Shown here: one piece after another, positions 1 to 9,632 of the stretch
How the letters are laid out: the number at the start of each line of letters is the position of its first letter
Numbering within the stretch: the first letter of the stretch is position 1
The notes under the pieces: model-generated
Database searches by the model: none
Seen by the model: only the letters and a program-made list of their open reading frames with translations
Told to the model about the DNA's origin: nothing
NCBI GenBank assembly: GCA_963845355.1
Contig: CAWJRV010000028.1
Span: 1,427 to 65,426, forward strand
Reading direction: 5' to 3'
DNA: 64,000 nt
DNA from: an uncultured Actinomycetes bacterium
GTDB taxonomy: Bacteria; Actinomycetota; Thermoleophilia; UBA2241
Position numbers and translations under genes: made by a program

Positions 1-1647
1 CCGGGTAGCCTTGGTGCCGAGCTCGAGCTCCTCCATCTTCTCGATCAGCGGGCCCTGGCCGAAGCGCGACGGCGGCTGGGTCTCCTTGGCGTCGAGACGC
101 ACGCCGAGCACCGCCAGGATGTCGCCCACCGCCGCCTGCGGCAGCGGCCGCTCGCGGTCGGCTGTGTAGGGCTGCCAGGCGCGCAGAAAGCCGGGCTTGG
201 CGACGCGGCTGCCGCGCCCCACGAAGGGCTCGCTGCCGAGGCGCACGTCGAGCCGCTGGCTTTCGATCACGGCCGGCGGCGACAGCGTGGCCAGGAAGCG
301 CCGCACGACCAGGTCGTAGACGCGCGCCTGATCGCCGTGCAGCTCGCCCTTGGGCACGTCGACCGGGTAGATCGGCGGGTGGTCGGTGGTGCGCTTTTTG
401 CCGCGCGTGGGCTTGAGCGCGGCCTGCCCGGCCAGCTCGGCGGCGATGTCGGCCACCGGCCTGTGCTTCGTCATGGCCTTGAGCACCGCGTGCAGGTCGA
501 GCGACGGCGGGTAGACGGTGTTGTCGGTACGTGGGTAGCTGATAAGACCGTCGAGGTACAGCGACTCGGCCGCCTTCATGGCCCGCGAGGGGGCGATGCC
601 GGCGCCCGAGGCGGCGCTCATCAGGGCCGTGGTGTTGAACGGCGCCGGCGGCGCCAGCGTGCGCGGCGTCGTGGCGTAGGCGGTCACCTCGGCGGTGTCG
701 GCCTGGGAGCCGGCGAGCGCCGCGTCGGCGTCGGCCTGAGCGGCGAAGCGACCGCTTGAGTGGTCGACCGTGAAGCGCTCCCCGCTCCCCGCTTCGAGCT
801 CGGCTTTGATCTCCCAGTAGGGCACCGGCACGAAGGCCCGCCGTTCGAGCTCGCGGTCGACGATGAGGCGCAGGGTCGGCGTCTGCACACGCCCGATCGA
901 AAGATAGTCCGAGCCGTAGCGAAAGCTCGCCAGCGACATGAAGCGCGTGAGGACGGCGCCCCAGATGAGGTCGATGTCCTGCCGCGTGTGAGCCGCGTCG
1001 GCGAGTTTGAAGTCGAGCGTGCCGAGCTTGCTGAAGGCCTCTTTGACCTCGCCGGGCGTGAGCGCCGAATAGCGCGCCCGATGGTGGCGGTCGACGATCG
1101 CCGGCGCCACGACCGCCTTGATGTGCGCCGAGCCGTCGTCGCCGTCGAGGAGCACGGGCGGTGCGACGGGCGCGCGACGCGAACGGGTGGTGGTCTTCTT
1201 GGCTGCGGCGCGAGCGGGCTTTTCGGGCTTGTCGTGAGGGTGGCGGCGCAAGGCGTCGCCGCGCAGGATGCGCAGCGCCTCTTCGCCGATCAGCTCGCCC
1301 TCGCGGTCGTAGTCGGTCGCCACGATGATCTCGGTCGCGCCCTTGGCCACGCTGCGCAGGGCGGCCACGGTCGAGGCACTGGCCCCGTCGATCACCCAGG
1401 CCAGGTCGGGCTCGCGGATCATCTCGTCCAAGTGCTTCAGGCTCCAGCGACGGTAGGTATTGGGAAAGGTCGTTTCCATGACGTGGCCGCGCAGGCCGAC
1501 GGCGACCGCCGGCGCGCCGTCCCACTCGAACGCATACGACTTGACGCGCTGCCGACCGCGACCGTGTTCCTTTGTCTCGACGTGCCCGCCCAGGATCTGG
1601 GCGATCTTCGCCGCGGCGGAGTCCTTTTCAGTGACGATCAGTTTCAC
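1..1647 (-). CDS. topA: DNA topoisomerase I (type IA), first 549 codons; 3' end lies beyond the window edge
   Basis: Minus-strand frame open from GTG at 1647 to nt 1 (absent from the ORF track because no stop lies in the window). Translation begins VKLIVTEKDSAAAKIAQILGG (TOPRIM). It contains DYDREGE, GRVQTPTL and the active-site Tyr motif LISYPRTDN. Confidence 0.85.
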   Translation of the reverse strand, partial: MKLIVTEKDSAAAKIAQILGGHVETKEHGRGRQRVKSYAFEWDGAPAVAVGLRGHVMETTFPNTYRRWSLKHLDEMIREPDLAWVIDGASASTVAALRSVAKGATEIIVATDYDREGELIGEEALRILRGDALRRHPHDKPEKPARAAAKKTTTRSRRAPVAPPVLLDGDDGSAHIKAVVAPAIVDRHHRARYSALTPGEVKEAFSKLGTLDFKLADAAHTRQDIDLIWGAVLTRFMSLASFRYGSDYLSIGRVQTPTLRLIVDRELERRAFVPVPYWEIKAELEAGSGERFTVDHSSGRFAAQADADAALAGSQADTAEVTAYATTPRTLAPPAPFNTTALMSAASGAGIAPSRAMKAAESLYLDGLISYPRTDNTVYPPSLDLHAVLKAMTKHRPVADIAAELAGQAALKPTRGKKRTTDHPPIYPVDVPKGELHGDQARVYDLVVRRFLATLSPPAVIESQRLDVRLGSEPFVGRGSRVAKPGFLRAWQPYTADRERPLPQAAVGDILAVLGVRLDAKETQPPSRFGQGPLIEKMEELELGTKATR

Positions 1648-1820
1648 GGGTTGGATCCATCCTTGTCGCTCGCGTTGGGGTAGGCGACTTGTACCATCGA
1701 CGCGGGCGGCTTGTCGATGGGCGCCGCTCGCCGCGATGGGCGAGAGCCCGCCACTCACGGGGGACTATCGTATGCCCGGAAGTCGCCTGGGCGTCACACC
1801 GGACCGTCGTGCCGGTGCGC

Positions 1821-2165
1821 TCAGAGGCCGGCGAACGCCGCCTCTCTTGAGTCGAAGATGGTGAGCACCTTGTCGAGACCGGTGATGTTCAGGATGCGCA
1901 CGACCGGCCGCGAGCCGGCGACGATCAGCAGACGCCCGTCACGCTCGTGAAGGCGCTTGACCCCGCTGATGATCACGCCGAGGGCGGTGGAGTCGATGAA
2001 CGTCACCCCCGACAGATCGATGACCACGTCGACGGCAGCGCCCTCGATCAGGGCGACGAGGTCGTCCTTGAAGCGCGGCGCGGTGTAGAGGTCGACCTCG
2101 CCGGTGAGCGTGAGCAGACCAAGCCCGTCGCGGACCATCGTGGACTCTGAAGAGAAGTCGGTCAT
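1821..2165 (-). CDS. STAS-domain anti-sigma-factor antagonist (SpoIIAA-like)
   Basis: Sensible sequence starts at the internal ATG (MTDFSSESTMVRDGLGLLTLTGEVDLYTAPRFKDDL...VTFIDSTALGVIISG). The upstream part of the 150-aa ORF is R-rich filler. Confidence 0.8.
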   Translation of the reverse strand: MTDFSSESTMVRDGLGLLTLTGEVDLYTAPRFKDDLVALIEGAAVDVVIDLSGVTFIDSTALGVIISGVKRLHERDGRLLIVAGSRPVVRILNITGLDKVLTIFDSREAAFAGL

Positions 2166-2286
2166 CGTATCCCTTTTCGTTGCGTGCCGTGTGCAGGAAG
2201 TGCCGTGGCCGGCCGTGCGGACCCGGCGGACGCGCTCACCGCGGCGTTCGCACAGGGGCTCATCGGGGCGCATTGAAATGCGCTCG

Positions 2287-2946
2287 TCACGGCGTGGCGC
2301 TCGCGCTCGGCGACGGCGAGGCGGCAGCCTGAAGCTGCGCGAGCTGCGCCTTCACCTGGTTTGTGTACTGCGAATTCGGATCGACTTTGAGGAACGTCCG
2401 GTAGGCCGTGATCGCGGCGGCGGTGTCGCCCGCCGCGACGTCGTTCGAGCCTATCGACACGTAGAGGACGTAGTTATGCGGTTCGAGCTTGAGCATCTTG
2501 CGGTAGGCTGCGACCGCGCTTTTGTAGTCGATGAGCTCGCCGTAGATCTGGGCCTCGGACTGTAGGGCGTCGAAGCGTAGCCCGGAGGCGGCGGCGCCCA
2601 GCGCCGAGTCGGGCAGCGCCAGATAGCGATCGTAGTAGCTGATCGCTTTTGTGAGTTCGTTGCTCTGGTTGCCGGTCGGCAGGCCGTTCTGCACGTAGCC
2701 GGCGGCCTGGTATCCCTGGGCCGCGGCCAGCAGGGCGGCGGGGCTCTTAGGATTCTTGGTGAGGTTGGCCACCGCAGTCTTGACCTGCTTGTCGATGACG
2801 CTGCTGCCGGAGTTGATGACGCTGCTGTGACTGCAGCCGGAGGCGACGCCCGAGTAGCCGAAGATCAGGAAGCTGGCCATGAGGACGGCCATGAACCCGA
2901 AGATGATCTTCTGCCAGAACTTGACGCGTTGGCGGTTTAGGAGCAT
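2287..2946 (-). CDS. Membrane-anchored TPR-repeat protein
   Basis: C-terminal 219 codons of the 921-aa track ORF. Starts MLLNRQRVKFWQKIIFGFMAVLMASFLIFGY (TM helix) followed by TPR-like repeats (AISYYDRYLAL, AVAAYRKMLKLEP, AITAYRTFLKVDP). The ATG overlaps the upstream stop as ATGA. Confidence 0.7.
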   Translation of the reverse strand: MLLNRQRVKFWQKIIFGFMAVLMASFLIFGYSGVASGCSHSSVINSGSSVIDKQVKTAVANLTKNPKSPAALLAAAQGYQAAGYVQNGLPTGNQSNELTKAISYYDRYLALPDSALGAAASGLRFDALQSEAQIYGELIDYKSAVAAYRKMLKLEPHNYVLYVSIGSNDVAAGDTAAAITAYRTFLKVDPNSQYTNQVKAQLAQLQAAASPSPSASATP

Positions 2947-4379
2947 CAGCTCTCCCTTTGCTCGGTCGCGGGCGGGTTGTGCCACCAGCCCGATTCGGCG
3001 GCGCCCACCCGGACGCGCCCTTCGCCCACTCTGGACTGCAGCTTGGTGCGCACGCGGCGGCTTTGGGCCCGGATGGTGTGGGCATCGAGCCGCGGAAAGC
3101 CGCCCTCCTGGTAGAGCGGCTCGCCGGCGACGCAGGTGAACAGCACGTCGTCTTGATTGGCGCCGTAGACAAGGGCCGAGTACGGGTCGTCGATGGGCAC
3201 GAAATGCGAGCCGGAGACATCGACGGCGATGAGGTCGGCCTGTTTGCCCGGCACGAGAGAACCGACACGGTCGTCGAGACCCAGGGCCTCTGCGCCGCCC
3301 AGTGTGGCGATGCGGATGCACTGCTCGGCATTCAGCACACGCACGTCGCCGGCGGCGCCGCGGTGCAGAAAGAGCGCGGTGCGCATCTCGTCGAACATGT
3401 CCATGATGTTGCTGGCGGCCGGACTGTCGGTGCCGAAGCCGACCCGCACGCCCTGACGCAGGAGATCGGGCAGCGGCGCGATGCCGCAGCCCGTCTTGGC
3501 GTTGCTTTTGGGGCAGTGGGCGACGGCCGCGTCCTTGGCCTTGAGGATGCGGATGTCGTCGCTGCTGGCGTGCACGCAGTGCACCGCCAGGAAGTTCTCG
3601 TCGAAGACGCCCCACTGCTGCAGGTACTTGATGGGGCTCACTCCGTACGGCTGGATGAGCATGCGCTCCCAGCCCATCTTCTCGCGATAGTCGTGGGCGA
3701 ACTTGCCCGAGCCGGAGCGGATGTAGGTGACCTCTTCGGTGCTCTCGGCGACGTGGCTGGCGACCTTCATGCGACGCTGGCGGGCGTAGCTTGCGAGCGT
3801 CTGGAACAGGCGGCTCGAGACCGTGTAGGGGGCGTGCGGGGCGATGCCGATCTCGAGCCGCGGCGAGACCATCTCGTGGGCCTTCGCGAGGCGTTCGTCG
3901 AGGTCGGCCATGGTCTCGTCGAGGCGCTTGTCGTCGATACCGAAGACCTCGAGGTAGGCCACGCCGCGCAGACCGGCTTCGGCGGCCGCCGTGAGCGTCT
4001 CGCCGGTGTAGGTGGTGTCGGCGACCGTGGTGACCCCCGAGGCCAGCGCCTCGAGCGCGCCGAGGCGGGCGCTCCACAGGTATTCGTCGGGAGTGAGCGA
4101 GGCCTTGACGTCGATCAGGCTGATGATCCAGTCGCCGAACTGCTGATCGTCGAACATGCCGCGAAAGCTCGTGTACTCGAGGTGGCTGTGAGCGTTGACG
4201 AAGCCGGGCATGAGGACGGCCTGGTCGAAGTCGGTGAGCACCGCGTCGGGACAGGCGGCGCGCACGTCGTCGAGCGTTCCCGCCGCGACGATGAGCTCGC
4301 CGTCGACCGCGACCGCCCCGTTTCTGACCGGTGGGGCGGTGATGGGAAGCAGCCATTCGGCACGATAGATGGTGGTCAT
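2946..4379 (-). CDS. Metal-dependent amidohydrolase (MTA/SAH or aminodeoxyfutalosine deaminase-like family)
   Basis: Start at internal ATG (MTTIYRAEWLLPI). Has the HxH motif PGFVNAHSHLEY, plus HVAES, HCVH and GTDS motifs typical of this amidohydrolase subgroup. Confidence 0.8.
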   Translation of the reverse strand: MTTIYRAEWLLPITAPPVRNGAVAVDGELIVAAGTLDDVRAACPDAVLTDFDQAVLMPGFVNAHSHLEYTSFRGMFDDQQFGDWIISLIDVKASLTPDEYLWSARLGALEALASGVTTVADTTYTGETLTAAAEAGLRGVAYLEVFGIDDKRLDETMADLDERLAKAHEMVSPRLEIGIAPHAPYTVSSRLFQTLASYARQRRMKVASHVAESTEEVTYIRSGSGKFAHDYREKMGWERMLIQPYGVSPIKYLQQWGVFDENFLAVHCVHASSDDIRILKAKDAAVAHCPKSNAKTGCGIAPLPDLLRQGVRVGFGTDSPAASNIMDMFDEMRTALFLHRGAAGDVRVLNAEQCIRIATLGGAEALGLDDRVGSLVPGKQADLIAVDVSGSHFVPIDDPYSALVYGANQDDVLFTCVAGEPLYQEGGFPRLDAHTIRAQSRRVRTKLQSRVGEGRVRVGAAESGWWHNPPATEQRES

Positions 4380-4530
4380 GTGGAGCCGCCCGAGGAAGGA
4401 CCTTTTGACGACCGAAAATGGCCCGTGGCGCGTGCCCCGGACCACCGAACCGTGAGTATAGGCGAGGCTCGAGGCGGGCGCAATCAGGCTGCTCTCCGCA
4501 GGGCCTCCTGTACCGCCGCCGGTGGCAAGC

Positions 4531-4536
4531 TATAAT
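4531..4536 (+). promoter_or_regulatory. Candidate -10 box TATAAT upstream of the Asp23 gene
   Basis: ggcaagcTATAATcgg stands out in a GC-rich intergenic region, ~60 nt upstream of GTG 4599. Confidence 0.35.
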
Positions 4537-4598
4537 CGGAGCGTCGAACACGGTGCCGGCCCGAACACCCGGCGCCCCCGAACCGTGCCAGGACGCCC

Positions 4599-4947
4599 TG
4601 TGACCGAGAACACCGACAACAACTACTCGCCCGAAGTCATCTCGACCTACGTGTGGGACGCGATCAAGGATCTGCCCGGGCTCGCCGACCTGCACCGCAG
4701 CACGCTGCAGTCGCTTGGCGAGAAGGTGCACCTCGAGCGCCTCGGTCCCGTCCGCATCGAGGAGCGCGACGGTCGTCGCGTGCTCGACATCCACATCGTC
4801 ATCACCCCTGCCGCCAGGCTGCCCGAGCTCGTGCCGCAGATCCGCGGCGCGGTCCACTCGTACCTGCGCAGCATGACCGGCATCGACCTCGACGAGATCG
4901 GGGTCCATATCGACGACATCGTCTGGGAGGCCGCAGCCGGCACGTGA
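4599..4947 (+). CDS. Asp23/Gls24-family alkaline shock protein
   Basis: VTENTDNNYSPEVISTYVWDAIKDLPGL...VHIDDIVWE matches the Asp23 family pattern. GTG 4599 is preferred to track start 4522 because the TATAAT box lies inside the longer version. Confidence 0.65.
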
Positions 4948-5537
4948 ACTGCGTCGATCTGAACGCCGCCAGCCGCGACCTGCTGCCCGAGGCCTGTGCG
5001 GCTTGCACGTGGTGGCAGAAAGGGACCGCCGGCGACGCCCCACCCTCACCACGAGCCTCCTGGGAAGCCCAGGTCGAAGCCGAAGCCGGCATGTTCGGGC
5101 GCGCGCTGCTCGACGGCGCCGACGTGCTCGGCTGGATGCAGGCCGCCCCCGCCGCGCTCGTGCGCCGCGGGCTACCGGCCGGAGCGCCCTCGCCCGACTC
5201 CTACCTGCTGGCGTGCGCCTTCTTCTACGACGAGCAGTACCTCGCCGGGTTTCAGATGCTGCTGCAGGATGTGATCGCGGCCGTCAAGCTGCGGCGGGTG
5301 AAGGCCCTCGAGGCGTACGCGCTGCGCGACCCGGCGCCCGACCTGCGTTTTACGGGCTACCTGCGCGACCTGAACCTCTTCAACGCCCACGTGCTCGAAG
5401 GCAGTGGCTTTGTGCGGGTGCGCACGGCCGGCCGCGTGGGCCGTTACCGGCTCGACCTCAAGATGCTGGTCGCCGTGTCGCGGGGCCGCAGCGCGGTCGA
5501 GCAGCTCGAGGGCGCCCCGGCGACGATCCCGGCCTGA
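4944..5537 (+). CDS. Conserved hypothetical protein (CxxC near the N-terminus)
   Basis: GTG 4944 overlaps the Asp23 stop as GTGA. Sensible sequence runs VNCVDLNAASRDLLPEACAACTWWQ...FVRVRTAGRVGRYRLDL. The upstream part of the 294-aa track ORF is R-rich filler. Confidence 0.5.
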   Translation: MNCVDLNAASRDLLPEACAACTWWQKGTAGDAPPSPRASWEAQVEAEAGMFGRALLDGADVLGWMQAAPAALVRRGLPAGAPSPDSYLLACAFFYDEQYLAGFQMLLQDVIAAVKLRRVKALEAYALRDPAPDLRFTGYLRDLNLFNAHVLEGSGFVRVRTAGRVGRYRLDLKMLVAVSRGRSAVEQLEGAPATIPA

Positions 5538-5616
5538 CGCCCCAAGGCGTGCGGCGCGACCCAGGGCGCCGCCATGCGGCCGGCGGCAGCGCGCCCCGGT
5601 CAACGGGCAGCGCAGC

Positions 5617-6951
5617 CTAGCGGAACAGCCGCGGCAGGCGTTTCTTCCAGTCGGCCGGCACGATCGCGTCGAGCGCGTCGTCGAGGGTGACCACGCCGAT
5701 CAGACGCTGCTCGTCGTCGGTGACCGGCAGGGCGAGCAGATCGTATTTGGTCATCAGCCGACCGACCTCGTCTTCTTCGGTGTCGACCGCGGCCCGCGGC
5801 CAGTCGGGGTCCATGAGCTCCGCGAGGGTGTCGTCGGGCGGCGCCAGCACCAGCTCGGCCAGGCTCAAGGCGCCCAGCAGGCGGCGCTCGTCGTCGACCA
5901 CGAAGATCGCCGCCAGCGCCGTGTCGCCGGGCTGTTGCTCGCGGATGCGCACGAGCGCTCCGGCAGCCTCGAGGTCTCCCGGCAGGGCGACCACGTCGGT
6001 CGTCATGAGGGCGCCCGCCGAATGCTCGGGGTGGGAGGCGAGCCCGCGCAACGCCAGGGCGAGGTCGGCCGGCAGGCGGGCCAGGATCTCTTCGGCGACC
6101 TCGTCGGGAAGGTCGGCCAGCATGTCGGCGGCATCGTCGGGCTCGATGTGCTTGATGACGGCCGCGGCCCGCTTGCGCGGCATCTCGACCAGGGCCGCCG
6201 AAACGAGTTCGTCGTCCATCTCCTCGAGTGTGTCGGCGGCCAGCGGCGCGTTCAGCGCAGCCAGCACCGCGGCGCGCTGGTGCGGACCGACCTGGCCGAT
6301 GACGTCGGCGAGATCGGCCGGATGCAGCTCGGCGATCTCGGTGAATGCCTCGATGAAGTTGGCCCGCGAGAGGCGCACGGAGATGAGATTGACGTCGTCC
6401 CAGGGCACGAAGTCGCCCGGACGCTCGCGCAGACGCCTTGAAAGAAACCCGAGTCCCATGCGTCGCATGACCGCGCCGCTCGAAGCGTCGACCCCGTGCA
6501 CCACGAGGCGATCGTCGTCGACCGCGAGCAGCACGTCCTGCACGCGGATGAACTTGCGGCGCTCGACGTCGAGCACCTGGTGGTCGAGCACGGCATCGAC
6601 CAGAGCGATCTCCTCGCCCGACAGCGACGCCGGCTTGAGCTCACCCGCCGGGGCGGTGAGCAGGAGGCGCCGGCCGTCGATGTCGATCTCGCCGATCTGC
6701 GCCCACGACGCGCGGAGCTGCTCGTCGTCGCGGCCCACGATGAAGGCCGTGACCGCAGGCGGGTCTGAGGAGAGCGAGGCAAGGACGTCGAGCAGCTCGC
6801 CCAGCTCGGCGCCGGCCGAGTCGACGACCGTCAGAGATTCGAGTTCGGAGAGCGCTAATCGGCCGGGGTCGGCATCCACGAAAGTGTGGTCATCCTTTCT
6901 TGTCGGCGTCGCGCAGCCGCTAAAGGTATCGGCGGCGAAGGTGTCTGTCAA
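5617..6951 (-). CDS. MgtE N-terminal domain + CBS-pair protein without a transporter membrane domain
   Basis: DLPDEVAEEILARLPADLA (MgtE_N-like) followed by two CBS-like segments (LMTTDVVALP..., LLALPVTDDEQRLIGVVTLDDALD). The start is uncertain: TTG 6951 or GTG 6879. Confidence 0.7.
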   Translation of the reverse strand: MTDTFAADTFSGCATPTRKDDHTFVDADPGRLALSELESLTVVDSAGAELGELLDVLASLSSDPPAVTAFIVGRDDEQLRASWAQIGEIDIDGRRLLLTAPAGELKPASLSGEEIALVDAVLDHQVLDVERRKFIRVQDVLLAVDDDRLVVHGVDASSGAVMRRMGLGFLSRRLRERPGDFVPWDDVNLISVRLSRANFIEAFTEIAELHPADLADVIGQVGPHQRAAVLAALNAPLAADTLEEMDDELVSAALVEMPRKRAAAVIKHIEPDDAADMLADLPDEVAEEILARLPADLALALRGLASHPEHSAGALMTTDVVALPGDLEAAGALVRIREQQPGDTALAAIFVVDDERRLLGALSLAELVLAPPDDTLAELMDPDWPRAAVDTEEDEVGRLMTKYDLLALPVTDDEQRLIGVVTLDDALDAIVPADWKKRLPRLFR

Positions 6952-7110
6952 TCATGTTCGGGCGGACATCGCGGGATGGTCGCGGCGGCTTTTCTCGTCG
7001 CCCGATTCCGTCTAAAGTCTAGCTTTCGGTCACTCGGACCTTGCTCTCCGCGGAGGGCGGACGACGGCCGTGTCCGGCAGCGAAGACGGAAAGGGGGAAC
7101 AGTGGCAGAG

Positions 7111-8532
7111 ATGCCGGTCGTCGAACGTCCTGCGGACCAATCCGACGAAAACGTCCCGTTCAAGATAGAACAGCGAGGCATCGAGCTGATTCCCGACGAT
7201 GCCCGCACAATGCGCCCGGCCGGCCTCTTCTGGCTGTGGGCCGGCGCGGTGTGGAACGTCGAGTTCCTCGTCTACGGCGCGCTGATCATGTCGTTTGGGC
7301 TTTCCTTCGGGCAAGCGGTGCTGGCCATCGTCGTCGGCAACCTCTTTTACATGCTGCTCGGCTTTGCCAGCCTGCAGGGCCCGGCCACGGGTACGACCGC
7401 CTTCATGGTCAGCCGGGCGCCGTTCGGGCAGAACGCCAACCGCGGCGTAGCGTTCTTCAACTGGATCACCCAGGTCGGGTTCGAGATCGAGGGCATCGTC
7501 ATCATCGTGCTGGTGTTCGAGGCGATGTTCCTCCGCGGCGGCGTGACTGCCGGCAATGGCCTCAAGGTCCTCTTCATCGTGGTCGCCGTCGGCGTGCAGT
7601 TCCTCATGCCGTTCCTCGGCCACGCCACGATCACGAAGGTGCTGCACTGGCTGTCGTACGTGTTCATCGCCGTCTTTGCGGTCATGGCCGTTCTCATCGT
7701 GCCTCACGTCCATCTGAGCAGCCTGCACCAGAGCGCCTCGTGGGCCGAGTGGACGACTGCCCTGGTGGTCATCATCTCGGTCGGCGGACTGGGCTGGTCC
7801 GAGAACGGCAACGACTACTCCCGCTATCTGCCGCGCGCCACCCCGAAGGCCAGGACCTTCTGGGCGGCGACGCTCGGTCCCGCGATCCCCTCGCTGCTGC
7901 TCGAACTGCTCGGCGCAGCCGCTTTCGCCATCAGCCCCAAAACGACCGGGGTCACCGGTGTGCCCGCGGCCTTCGCGGCCTGGTTCTTCTGGCCCTACAT
8001 GATCCTCGCCCTGCCTCAGCTCTTTGCCATCAACACGATCGACCTGTACTCGTCGGGCGTGACCCTGCAGGCTATCGGCATCGCCGTGCGCCGCTACCAG
8101 GCGGTGATCATCGACACCGTGGTGGTGGCCATCGTCACCGCCCTGGTCATCTTCAAGGGCAACTTCTACACCGACCTCACCGGCTTCCTGCTCTACATCG
8201 TGGTGTGGCTGGCCCCATGGTTTGCCATCGTGATGGTCGACTACCTGTTGCGGCGCGGGCGCTACGACGCGCCCTCGCTCGCAAAGGAGCGCGGCGGTCT
8301 CTACTGGCGTCACGGGGGCTTCCACTGGCCGGCGGTCATCGCCCAGCTTCTCGGCATGGCGGCCGCCATGATGTGGATCTACGCGAAGTACTTCGTGCCT
8401 TCATACGTGGGGCCGATCTCCTCGCGCACGGCGGGCTCCGACTTCAGCTGGCTGATCGGCATCATCGTCGGCGGCCTCGTCTACTGGGTCCTCGCCGCCC
8501 GCGAAGTGCGCAACGAGGCGTCGCGCGTGTAG
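7111..8532 (+). CDS. NCS1-family (cytosine/purine/uracil/thiamine/allantoin) permease
   Basis: ATG 7111 is preceded by gaaaggggg. Starts MPVVERPADQSDENVPFKIEQRGIELIPDDAR, then ~12 hydrophobic segments. Confidence 0.75.
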   Translation: MPVVERPADQSDENVPFKIEQRGIELIPDDARTMRPAGLFWLWAGAVWNVEFLVYGALIMSFGLSFGQAVLAIVVGNLFYMLLGFASLQGPATGTTAFMVSRAPFGQNANRGVAFFNWITQVGFEIEGIVIIVLVFEAMFLRGGVTAGNGLKVLFIVVAVGVQFLMPFLGHATITKVLHWLSYVFIAVFAVMAVLIVPHVHLSSLHQSASWAEWTTALVVIISVGGLGWSENGNDYSRYLPRATPKARTFWAATLGPAIPSLLLELLGAAAFAISPKTTGVTGVPAAFAAWFFWPYMILALPQLFAINTIDLYSSGVTLQAIGIAVRRYQAVIIDTVVVAIVTALVIFKGNFYTDLTGFLLYIVVWLAPWFAIVMVDYLLRRGRYDAPSLAKERGGLYWRHGGFHWPAVIAQLLGMAAAMMWIYAKYFVPSYVGPISSRTAGSDFSWLIGIIVGGLVYWVLAAREVRNEASRV

Positions 8533-8613
8533 CGCCGCACGCACGCTCGCGGCACGCGCACGCGGCGCCGATCGCGCCGTGCGCCGGCTGCAGACGGCGA
8601 CGCGCTCCAGGCC

Positions 8614-8646
8614 GAAGGGCCCGCTCTGCCAACGAGCGGGCCCTTC
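8614..8646 (+). terminator. Hairpin terminator after the permease
   Basis: gaagggcccgctc-tgccaac-gagcgggcccttc is a 13-bp perfect stem, followed by gccgTTCTT. Confidence 0.6.
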
Positions 8647-8669
8647 GCCGTTCTTGCGGAAGACTTCCC

Positions 8670-8678
8670 TGCTATGCT
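8670..8678 (+). promoter_or_regulatory. Extended -10 (TGCTATGCT) 6 nt upstream of ATG 8685; possible leaderless transcript
   Basis: ccctGCTATGCTgcctcgATG; no Shine-Dalgarno sequence fits in between. Confidence 0.35.
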
Positions 8679-8684
8679 GCCTCG

Positions 8685-9548
8685 ATGCGGTTGTCCTTCC
8701 ACGAAGCGGTAGAGCGCGAGAGGCAGCGCCTGAGCCGTCGGCCCTTCGCCGAGACCGAGCGCAAGACCCAGGCCAAACGGTCGGCCTGGCTGCGACAGCG
8801 GAGCTGGCCGGACGTGGTCAGCCCTCGTCGCGCCTTCGAGGCACTCTTCCTCGACTACCTGGAGCTCGACCCGGCGCAGCTCGTCGTCAGCCGCGAAGGC
8901 CCCGACGAGATCTTCTGGGAGGCGCGCAACCCGTGCCCCACACTGGCAGCCTGCGAGTCACTCGGGCTCGACACGAGGACCGTCTGTCGCCGGGTCTCCG
9001 ACAAGCCCGTTCAGGCGTTTCTCTCTCACCTTGACGTGCGCTTGCGCTTCGTGCGCGACTACGATCACCTCCGCCCGCACGGACCGTTCTGCGCCGAGGG
9101 CATAGTGCGCGTCGATCTCGAGGCGCCCATGGCGATCGCCATCGAGGAGGCTCGGCAGTCCCGCGCCGAGGGCAACAAGGGCTACGGCGCCGTGATCGTG
9201 CGCGGCAAGAGTCTGCTCGCCCAGGCCCACGACACAGCCGCCACCGACAACGACCCGCTGGCCCACGCCGAGGTCAACGCCATCCGCCAGGCCGTGCGCG
9301 TGAGCGGGCACGGCGACCTCTGCGGAGCGCTGCTCCTGGCGACCTGCGAGCCCTGCCCGATGTGCTCGTCGCTGGCCGTCTGGGCCAACCTCACGGCCGT
9401 CGCCTACGGCGCTTCGATCGAGGCCACCGCGCGCCTGGGCAAGACACGGATCATGGTCGGCGTCGCCGATATCGCCGCCGCCTCGCCGACGATGCTGGAG
9501 GTCATTCCCGGCGTCCTCGCGGAGCGCTGCCTGGATCTCTATCGGTAG
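8685..9548 (+). CDS. Two-domain protein: Cys-rich N-terminal domain fused to a CMP/dCMP-type zinc deaminase
   Basis: C-terminal HAEVNAI ... CEPCPMCSS deaminase signature. The N-terminal 130 aa carry NPCPTLAACESLGLDTRTVCRRVSD...GPFCAEG. Confidence 0.75.
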   Translation: MRLSFHEAVERERQRLSRRPFAETERKTQAKRSAWLRQRSWPDVVSPRRAFEALFLDYLELDPAQLVVSREGPDEIFWEARNPCPTLAACESLGLDTRTVCRRVSDKPVQAFLSHLDVRLRFVRDYDHLRPHGPFCAEGIVRVDLEAPMAIAIEEARQSRAEGNKGYGAVIVRGKSLLAQAHDTAATDNDPLAHAEVNAIRQAVRVSGHGDLCGALLLATCEPCPMCSSLAVWANLTAVAYGASIEATARLGKTRIMVGVADIAAASPTMLEVIPGVLAERCLDLYR

Positions 9549-9614
9549 GGCCGCGGCCGGCCGATCGTCGCCTCCGGCGCCGGCTACGCCCGCGCCGGGG
9601 CGCCGCGGCCGGCG

Positions 9615-9623
9615 TGGTAAGCT
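9615..9623 (+). promoter_or_regulatory. Extended -10 (TGGTAAGCT) 9 nt upstream of ATG 9633; possible leaderless transcript
   Basis: gcgTGGTAAGCTgcccggaccATG. Confidence 0.3.
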
Positions 9624-9632
9624 GCCCGGACC

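Noticed and set aside
2287-5052. 921-aa ORF on the minus strand
   Set aside because: Only the last 219 codons (TPR protein) make protein sense. The rest is R/P/G-rich read-through overlapping the amidohydrolase and Asp23 genes in other frames, a typical high-GC artefact.
6952-7110. Riboswitch upstream of the NCS1 permease
   Set aside because: The 160-nt leader is long, but I could not match it to TPP, purine, ZTP, guanidine or other motifs I know by sequence. It remains untested rather than supported.
7041-9548. 835-aa ORF on the plus strand
   Set aside because: It runs out of frame through the NCS1 permease with R/P-rich nonsense. Only the last 287 codons (deaminase fusion, from ATG 8685) are real.
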